Below are positions 51,690-61,399 of a DNA stretch of 64,000 nt, in pieces. This DNA is from Nageia nagi (Eukaryota; Plantae; Pinophyta): contig JBITNC010000001.1 of NCBI GenBank assembly GCA_050084985.1, positions 198,462,001-198,526,000 on the forward strand, read 5' to 3'. Made by a program: the position numbers and the translations under genes. The notes beneath the pieces were generated by a model, which saw only the letters and a program-made list of their open reading frames with translations, searched no databases and was not told the origin of the DNA. Numbering within the stretch: position 1 is the stretch's first letter; each line of letters opens with the position of its first letter.

Positions 51690-54600
51690 ACTCCCCCTTG
51701 AGAGCAACTTCACCAATCCGATAGCATCTCTAAGCTTACAGAACTGAACTTCTAGGAGGGGTTTGGTGAACAAATCAACGGAGTTTAAAGTGAATGGACA
51801 AAACTCTGGGTGTATGATACCATCAAGAACCTTCTCCTTGATAAAATGGGCATGGATTCCATATGTTTTGTTCTCTGATGGAACATAAGACTCTTAGCCA
51901 AAGATATAGCTGATTGATTGTCTGCAGAAATCAAAGATGAGCCACCTTGCTCATACCCGATTTCTTTCAAAAGATACCTTAGCCAAATGACTTCTTGAGC
52001 TGCAACAGACATGGCTCAGTATTTGGCTTTTGTTGTGGAAAAAGAAACAGTAGGCTGCTTCTTGGAAGCCCAAAAGATAGCACCTGAACCAATGCTAAAC
52101 ACATATGTAGAGGTTGATTTCTTATCATCTCTATCTCCCCCATAGTCAAAATCTGAGAATCCAAAGAGAACAAACGAGGGAAACTTAGAATACTTGAGAG
52201 CAAAATCCTTAGTCCCTGCAACATACCTCAAGATTTGCTTAACAGCATTGAGATGCTCAACATATGGTTTCTACATGAATCGTGCCATCAGATTCACTGC
52301 AAAGGCAATATCTAACTTAGATATAGTCAAATACAAAAGACTACCAATTAATTGCCTACAAGCTGTAGCATCAGCTAACTGAAAGTTGGAACTTAGAGAA
52401 ACAGAGATTCTAGGAGAGATTGGGATCGCATCATATCTACACTCCTCCATTCCAAACTTCTGCAAGATGTCTGATATATACTTAGATTGACTGAGGTAAG
52501 AACAATCCTTGTATTGATACACTTGCATTCTAAGATAGTAGTGCAAAAGACCAATATCAATCATTTCAAACGTTGCTTTAAGTTTGGATATGCACTATTG
52601 AATGATTTCAACATTGTTTCCAATTATCAGAAGATCATCCACATAAAGGAGAATCAAGACCACGTCTTTTCTTTGATTGAGCACATACAGATCGGAGTCA
52701 GAAAAAAATTTGGAGAATCCAATGTCTGCAAAGTACCTTGAAATCTTTTTGTACCAGGCTCAAGGTGCTTGCTTAAATCCATATAATGACTTCTTTAGCT
52801 TGCACACAAAGAACTCTTTGCCTTCCACAATAAACAATTCTGATTGATTCATAAAGATTTTCACATCTAAGTCACCATTAAGAAATGCACTCTTAACATC
52901 AAGTTGAAACACTTTCTATCCTTAAGCTACAAAAAAGAGCAAGGATAATCCTCACAGTAGTCATCTTTGCCATGGGAGCAAAGGTTTCCTCATAATCTAC
53001 ACCGTATTTTTGAGCAAAACCTTTGGCTACTAACCTTGCCTTGTATTTCTCAATATTCCCAACTGAATTGAACTTGACCTTATAGATCTACTTATTACTG
53101 ACCACATTCTTCTCATTGGGATAAAAAACCAAATCCCAAGTTTCATTTTTCATAAGCACTTCATACTCCATTTTCATGGCTTCCATCTAGCACTCATGCT
53201 TAGAAGCATCTTTGAAGGTTGAGGGCTCATGCTTGTTATCAATCTTGGCAAATAAAGATTTGTTCAAGGTCATGCTCCTTGTTACCTTTTGTGTTGGAGA
53301 ATTTTGTTCCTGAGGTGACTTGTCTACATCAATATCTAACTAGCTAGGTGCAACTGAAGAGTCCTTTAGATCATCAACATCCTCATTAGAAGCAGATTCA
53401 TCAAGAAGTTCATTGAACTTTACATCCCTTGAAACAAACATAGCTTTGTAGGATGGAGAGTAGAGCCTGTAGTCTCTATGCTGACTGTCATAACCCACAA
53501 AGATGCATTTTCAGCTCTTTTGTCTAACTTTTTCCTTTTCTTAAAAACAATGTAGGAGAATGCTTTACAACCAAACACCTTAAGGTGTGAAATGTTAGGT
53601 TTTCTTCTTGACCATGCCTCAAAAGGAGTTTTGTCCTGAACGGCTTTTGTGGGACACCTATTCAAGGTGTAAATAGCTATGCTCATAGTTTCACCCTATA
53701 AGAAACTAGAAAGATTACCCAACATGCATCTAGCCGTTTCCATAATTGTTTTGTTTTTCCTTTCGGCAACACCGTTTTGCTAAGAAGTGTATGGAATTGT
53801 AAACTGCCTCTTGATTCCATACTTAGCATAATAGTCATTGAATTTATTGCTGTTATATTCTCTCCCATTATCTGATCTCAACATCTTGATTTTCAAATTA
53901 GTTTTATTCTCAACAAAGACCTTGAAAAATTTAACTCTCAAAAGTTTGATCCTTGTGCTCAAGTAGATACCCAAAGATCATCCTACTAAAGTCATCAATG
54001 AATAGAAAGACGTAAGATGCTCCTACAAGTGATTTAGTCTGAAACAGACCCATCAAATCTGAATGCACAAGTTGAAGAGGTTGAAATGCTCTTGTTGCCT
54101 TATCTTTTTCAAACTTTTGTGTATGCATCTTGCCAAGAATGCACTTCTCACATAGACCAACCGAAGGAGAAATTGAAGGCAAACCTTTCACAAGTTTTTG
54201 GTCTTTCATGACTTGAATACTTTTGTGGTTAAGGTGCCATAAACGATAATGCCAAAGATTGCCTTTAGAATACACACTAGAAGCAAAACACATCTTTAAT
54301 GGAACTTGATTCACAATGTAAACGTTATCTTTTATAGATTCTTTAACCAAAGTGGCAAATCCTTTCTTAATGCATCAAGATTGTGAGTCGAACTCAAAAA
54401 AGTACCATTTTCTAGCAACTTGAATCATGGAGAGAAGGTTCATCATTAACTTAGAAACATAGAGAATATTTTTAAGAACTTTTCTGTAAATCAGCACACT
54501 CCTAATTCCTTGGACTTCAAAGGTAAAGTTATCACCTATCACAACCACATCTTTTCTATACTTGTGAAAGTTCTCAAACTTTTCCTTTTCAAAGCATAGG

Positions 54601-55637
54601 CAATTAGCGCAACGAAAATCAACAATCCATTTAGACGTAAAAGAGCGAGACAAGGAGTAGAGCACTGCAGCAAAATCAGCTTGAATATTCTTCTTTCCTT
54701 TGTAGTTTTTTACATTTCCATTGTCTTTATTCTTTTCCTCTCTTTTCTTTTTGTAGCAATCAACTTCTTTGTGACCTTGGATGCCACAAAAGTTACAATT
54801 ACCATCAAACTTTTCTTTAAGATAAAGATTGTTTGCTTTGCCTTTTCCATCTCTTTGCTTGAAGTGGTTGTTGTTGTTGTTCCTGTTGCTGTTGCTACTG
54901 TTGTTGTTGTTGTTGCCATTGTTCCTACTGCTGTTGTAGCCATTGCCTCTTTTATCAAATCTTTTGGAGAAAGAAATATAAAAAGTTCTTTTGATGGTTG
55001 AACTTCTTCTTGAAAGGAGTTTTGGTTGCTCCAAAAGCAACGTTATTATTCTTAGGAGAAGAAATCAACACCTTATTGTTAAAGGCTTCCTCATGCTTCA
55101 AAAGGTGCCTAAAAAAGTTTTCAAGGGAGAAGACTTCTTCATCATCAAGCCTTGTTTTCATAACCGTTACAAAGTTTTCAAACTTTGAAAAATGATAAAA
55201 ACTATGAACTCATCATTGATCCAATTGCACCTACAAGCAACAAGTTGGGTCCTTAGATCAATGATTTTGTTCAAGTAGATAGCCACATTTTCATCTTCTC
55301 CTTGATGAGATTGAAGCAATTTTTAGAGAATGATAAACATTCTTGAAAAATTTGAACCAAGATAGATTTGCTTAAGCTTATCCCAAGCTTCCTTTGCCGA
55401 GGTTGAAGAGGAAATCATCAAGAGCACATCATCTGAAATTGCATGGTAAATCATGGAGGTTGCCAACTCATTCTTTGTGTTGTAAGCCTCTAGTGCCTTC
55501 TCATCTGTAGGAGGTACAAAGTTCTCATTCATTGTTCGCCAAAGCTTCCTTGCCTGCAATTCAACCCTTATCTGTGGTTCCCAAATCCTAAAGTTGGAAC
55601 CATCAAGAATGTGTTTGGGTAAAAAGGATTCTCCCAT
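51690..55637 (-). pseudogene. Copia gag-pol of B
   Basis: ORFs 55323-55637, 54375-55040, 53931-54350, 52271-52564, 52016-52231 and 51785-52012 are collinear with A. Confidence 0.95.
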
Positions 55638-56479
55638 TTGCTACCCAAGAATGTGAAATATAATAAGCATGTGGTTTAAAAAACAACATTAAATGTTAAG
55701 TTTTAACCAAGTAAATAATACATGTTACATTTAACACTGAGACATACTTGATTTGATTCATAAATGCAAATGTTTTACAATTCAAATAATCCATATACGC
55801 AAATACATTTCTCATCTCAAGAACCGTAGATGTAGAGTGATATTGTTGTGGCTTGTTTTTTTGTTTAAAATTAAGTCTTCACCTGGATGCCCATACAAGA
55901 GGAGCCCAAGTACTACCAATCCTCAACCAGTTCACTTTGGTCAGTTTTATACTTTTTCACAAGAAAAAGTACCTACTATTTTCTAAGGTTATGACGTTTA
56001 TTGGATCGGCCAAATTATTAATCTTGATTGGGTTTCAAGTTGTCCTCCTAGGTTATCAGGATAATCTCTGAATGGACATGTGGACATGTGGTATCACTAC
56101 ACACATATCTGTCCACCTATTGGAGTTATGTCCAGACCAACAGAGAACTTAGAGGCAATTGAGAAGTACCAACTTTTCACCATTTGGATCGTCGGACTTA
56201 AAAGCTCCAGTCTGCCTATCCTCACATCATGGCTCTCCAAACAAGTCATATTGCAGAATGTACATTCGGATGTGTTCATTTTAGAGGGTTGCTCATATCA
56301 ATGTTTGTGTTTTTGTTTGCATAAGCAAATAAAGCAAAAGACAAAACATGAAGTAAAGAACATAAATAAAACATCATCTATTTAAAAATTTGAAACCTAA
56401 GTGTCCAATGAGCTTTGTTTACCAACCCCTAAAGGACACCTTTACATCATTCCTAATTTTGCACAAATCCATTCTTGCA

Positions 56480-57010
56480 TAAGTAGATTGCATCATAACT
56501 TAAGATTTTAAGCATGCATTATTTGACTTAAAAAACTTAAGTATCTATCTTAAATTTTAAGTCCTTAAGCATTTATCACCAAAAATTAATTTCTAAGCAA
56601 GTATTAAGCATGCATAAAATTTAAGTACTAAGCATGCATTTATTAACTTAACAAATAAGTATTAAGCATGCATTTAATTTAAAATTTAAGTACTAAGCAT
56701 AAGTATGCATCATTTTAACTTAAAAGTATGCATCTAAAAATGCACTATTTAACTTAACAATTTTAAGTAAAGAAATATATCTTTTAATTTAAAATAAATT
56801 GAAATACTTAACAAATAAGTACTATGGATTTAACTTTTAAGTAGTAAGCATTTACTTAAAATTTTAAGCTCTAATCATTAACTTAAAAAATTAAGTAAGC
56901 ATCATGTTTTAAACTTTAAGAAAAAAATTCATACAAATTCCTCTTTTTTTGCTTAAAGTTGTACCCCTAAAGATAACATACTTAGCTTAACTTAATACTT
57001 TATTCTTAAA
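56480..57010. repeat. AT-rich degenerate repeats (TTAAGTACTAAGCATGCAT) in the leader of B; counterpart in A at ~44640-45080
   Basis: Recurrent TTAAGTA and AAGCATGCAT words. Confidence 0.6.
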
Positions 57011-58454
57011 AGTATTTTGCATGCTAAAAAAAATTATACTCAAAAAAATATTTTTAAATGAGGGCATTTAATAGCAATGATGCATTTTTTATTATCTTTT
57101 TACTCTAAAGTAATGTAATAATACCAAGAATGACAAAGCTTTAAAAACTTGGAGTATAAGAGTTGCTAAAAGCATTTAAAAAAAGGTTGTTTGCAAGCAA
57201 GCAAAAAAAGGAATTAAATGCCTAAAGGGTATATGTTGCTTCTAAGTGGCTTGCAAGTAATAAATTGCATCAACAAACAAAATTAAATGTGAACCCCCTT
57301 TTGTTAAAGCCTAGGTAAGAGAACAAAAAAGGCGGCATTGCAAAGGAGGTGGTTGTACATAGAACAACGCACATAGGAGAGCCACGCATGGTGGTCTACG
57401 GTCTGTCAAGCATCGGGTAGAACCAGTGGAAGCAGGCCAGTGGCTAATGGGAGGAGCGCGGAGGTCGGCAGGAGATCTAAGGTCCAAACACGGCAAGAAG
57501 AAGTGCGATGGAGGTGAGGCCACAAGTGGAGGGCTCGCAACAAAGCCATTGCCAAGGGGGGAGCCATGGGTGTTGAGGAAGCCTCCGGAGTAGGAGATTG
57601 AGGGAGAAGCAAGGAGGGAGCTATGAGGGGCAGCCTGTGGAAACCGAGGAGTCCACGAGGTTCGTGGGGTGTGGTCGGGCATTGTCGACTGCGAAGGAGG
57701 GGTGTGGTCGGGCATTGTCAGCTGCAAAGGAGGGTGTGGTCAGCTACGAAGGAGAACTAGTTGGGGTTTGGCCGACCAACACCGGTCAACCTCCCCTCAC
57801 CAATGTTTTCCACAAAATTTATTCAAGAAATATATATATATTTAAGATATATACTTCTTTTTTAAAAAAATAAAAATAAAAATCTGATCTATTATGTTAA
57901 AAAATATCAGATTTTAGAAAAAGATAGATTAAAAAAAAATTTCCCTTTTTTGTTGAACACAAAAAACAATGTAGTAAAGTGTACTTACATTCAAATTTTT
58001 TTGGTTAGTAACAAAATAGTTGAAATAAAAACTTGTAAAATACAACTATTTGATAAAAGAACTAAGGTAGGCAAAACTTTAATATAAAAATTTTTCAAAA
58101 ACTAATTGCATATAATTTTTGAAGGAAAAAAAATTAATATATTTTTACTTCAATACATAATAAAACCTTAAAAAAAAAAGATATGCAAAATTATAGCAAT
58201 AGGTAATCTTAAACAATTGCAACTAACAATAAGACATGTTAGTATACAAAAAAAATTACAAAATAGATTGCTATTTTAAGCAAATTTTGTCATAAACAAA
58301 GACTATCACAACACAAGATATGTTCGTAACATAATGCAATAATCCATAAGATAACAAAAAAAATGAGGTAAATTATACTTTATATTAGTTTTACGTCAAC
58401 AATGGGGATCACCAAGATGTAGTTTCCACACCAAGAATAAGAGCTTTCACACCC

Positions 58455-58466
58455 ACTCTGATACCA
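58455..58466 (-). promoter_or_regulatory. PBS (tRNA-iMet) of B
   Basis: Minus strand TGGTATCAGAGT, 2 nt after the 5' LTR. Confidence 0.9.
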
Positions 58467-58468
58467 AA

Positions 58469-58968
58469 TGAGAGAATTGCACTATAACATAAAAAATCCT
58501 AAACTCCGAAGATCATATGAAAGCTCACAAATCTCATCTAATAAACTCACAAAGCAATCTCACAACACAACACAAGATGTAAGTGGTTCCTTCAACTAAG
58601 AGTACATCCATTAACTAAATCTTTACTTCAATCACAAATACAACTTTCTTACAATCCTCCTAATCTCAACTCTTATGCTCTATCCTATAGCATAACTTTA
58701 CTCCACAATTGGTGTACAATCACAAAGAGGGAGCCTTCTATTTATAGGCCAAAATCCCTCTTTGGATCACCCTCTTATCCAATGTATAAAAGCATGACAT
58801 GCAAATCCTTTTACCCAAGGGGCATGCTCATGACATGAAGTGTAGGACAAGTTACATTATCATATTCACTTATATACATAAGGTATCAAATGATACCTTT
58901 AGGTATTAATGAACTTACATAGAAGATTATTACAAAACCTTTACAAGAATGCATTATACATTCCAACA
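58469..58968 (-). repeat. 5' LTR of B
   Basis: Minus-strand termini TGTTGG...CTCTCA. Direct repeat of 50475-50970. Confidence 0.95.
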
Positions 58969-59043
58969 GTTTGGAGGAGAACTCTCTTACTTTCTCTTTC
59001 TTCTCTCTTATTCGCTCTATCCCAATATTGCATTAAAGGGGAG

Positions 59044-59540
59044 TGTTGGAATATATAATGCATTATTGTAAAGGTTATGTAATAATCTTCTATGTAAGTT
59101 CACTAATACTTAAGGGTATCATTTGATACCTTAAGTATTTAAGTGAATATGATAATGTAACTTGTCCTAGACTCCATGTCATGAGCATGCCCCTTGGGTA
59201 AAAGGATGTGCATGTTATGCTTTTGTACATTGGGTAAAAGGGTGATCCAAAAAAGAATTTTGGCCTATAAATAAAAGGCTCCCTTTTTGTGATCATACAC
59301 CAATTGTGGAGTAAAGTTATACTATAGGATAGTGTTTAGGAGAAAAGTGTAGGAGAATTGTAAGAGTTCATATTTGTTAAGAAGAGAGATCTACTTAGTG
59401 GATGTACTCCTAGTTGGAGGAACCACTTACATCTTGTGTTATCTTTGTGAGATTGCTTTGTGAATTGTTAGATGTGCATTGTGAGCTTTCATGTGATCTT
59501 GGTTGTTTAGGATTACTTTAGTTATAGTTCAATCCCTTCA
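59044..59540 (+). repeat. 3' LTR of A
   Basis: TGTTGG...CCTTCA, preceded by the PPT AAAGGGGAG (59035-59043). Confidence 0.93.
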
Positions 59541-61162
59541 TTCCCTTGGGGCTCCTTGTCCTTTCCTAGCGGAAAGCAAGGGCATAATGCATTATGGAGG
59601 AGCAACATTGGCAAGAGGCGACGTTTTGATCCTGAGTGAGACCTCTTTAGGTCTAGCTTTGATAGTGCGTGGTCTTTGAGGTGGTTTTTCTTCCGGGAGG
59701 GGAGTCTTCTTGCTCAAAAGAGCATCTATCTCTACAATTGCCTCCTCATCCTGCACATTTCAATACTTCTCCACATTCCCTAAAAATTTATGTTGAAAAC
59801 TGATTGGCTTCTAGAATGCAGTGTTGTAGAAATGAGCAATTACACCTCTAGGATCATAGTGTCTAGTTGCTGCCTCTTTGAAGAAGACATACTGTTGCAG
59901 CTCCTTCATACTGTTGGCCTCAACCCACGTTTGGTAAACATAAATTGCTATGGAGATGGGCAAATTAATGGTCGTATCCTTCTTTCTACAGACTCTTTCC
60001 TTCAGAAACAACAACTGTCTGGTAAACTCCATGAGAATGAACCTGTCACTGGCATATTTAGGTAGGAGTAGGGGTTGCTCTTCGAAGCCATAGACCCTGA
60101 TGAATGTGTTCAGCATATTGCAAGAAAACGTTTGCATGTACACTGATGGCTTGAATGGCAGCGTCAGAAATCCTCTTCACCACGGAATCCCTTTTAATGT
60201 CTTTGTAGATAGAATACTCCCATCGATTATTCCTCTCATAGAAGTGCTGAAACTTGTTGTGATACCACCACTTTGGGTATACCCACCATACAAGAATGCC
60301 TTTCTTAACCAAGTATCTCTCATCTACAAGCTCTAGATCTGAGCTTGCCATGCAACAACAGGTACACAAGATAAGAGTTCATGTAAAACCTCTTCGAGGA
60401 ACCAAAATAAGCCAGCTGGTGGCGTAAGGCATCACTGATAACCTTACTCCATCTGATAGCTCTCCCCAAGCTGATTACTGCAATAAACTCTGTGAATTCT
60501 TTTTTGTACTTGGAGTCATTCTCCTAACCCGTAACTCTGGACAACAAAGTGATCAACTTGGCCACTGTAGGTAGGAATTCCCCCCTACAAGCGTTGATCA
60601 GCCTTTGGCCCTGGATGTTTTGGTAGTCTTCATAAAGCCATGTTCGAATGTAGTCCCCAGGCTGGGCAGTGGAATCATGAAACTCCTCAAAATTTGCTAA
60701 TGTATAGTCATCCCCGTATCTCTTCCAGCCAAAGGCTGCTTCAATTCCATCAGGGGAGAAATCCATAATTACATTCCCCTCTATGTCCAAGAGGACTCTT
60801 GTCATATTTGCATCTCTTGGCTACCTCATAGCACAAGTCAGGAAATGGTACTGCAAAAGGCATCATGGTAGCATTGAACAACCCATAGGTGTGGATAAGT
60901 TCTTCTAACAAGTCCTCCTTACTGATGGAGGCAGTAGAGGCTATGGTTTGGATGGGGTCAATATTTCCCTAGCCTATGTCTCCAACGAAGATGTCTCCCC
61001 TTGAACTTGGCTTCAGGGAGCTCTAGTTTCTCTCTTTCTTGAAATTCTATCCAGCTCTCTTTCAAGAGCCTGGTCATCTGGTCTTTAGTAACATGTCTTT
61101 CAAACAACTGTCCTTGAACTTTCTTGGCTTTGAGTGGGGGTGGCCTCACTTTTGAATTCATA
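59541..61162 (-). pseudogene. 5' half of the C2 accessory ORF (conserved unknown domain)
   Basis: ORFs 60958-61197, 60524-60805, 60058-60369 and 59811-60143. Motifs GNVIMDFSP, IRWSKVISD, FYMNSYLVY and IRVYG..PLLLPKYASDRFILME. Confidence 0.82.
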
Positions 61163-61399
61163 TTGAACTCTAAAGAAAATGATGCAAAAAAGGGCAAAAA
61201 TCGTTGGAAGTGCCTCTAGAAAAGAAGGATCAGTCTAGGTACCCTGAAGGATGCAACAAGAAAGGGCCAAACGTGTAGGTCTAGGCTGCAGGACATCCAG
61301 CAAAATGAATCAAGGCTGCCCCTTTATATGAGATGCATGGAGGGTGAATGTATGGCAGAGTGCATGCCTGCCACTTGTCTCTTTCTCTTCTCAACTCCT

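Larger units (their letters stand above)
50475..58968 (-). mobile_element. Ty1/Copia element B, same family as A, full-length, inserted antisense in the 3' UTR of A
   Basis: TSD GTTTG (50470-50474, 58969-58973), two ~500-bp LTRs, PBS and PPT. Confidence 0.95.
43232..59540 (+). mobile_element. Ty1/Copia element A (host of B)
   Basis: TSD CTCCC (43227-43231) / TTCCC (59541-59545). Truncated 5' LTR, gag-pol, PPT and 3' LTR. Confidence 0.92.

Noticed and set aside
44150-57300. The large inverted repeat as an assembly fold-back artefact
   Set aside because: The arms are substantially diverged outside one tract, and B has its own LTR pair, PBS, PPT and 5-bp TSD.
57311-57873. GC-rich Pro-rich ORFs as a captured host gene
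   Set aside because: They lie in the leader of B, the equivalent island in A does not conserve the frame, and no domain is recognisable.
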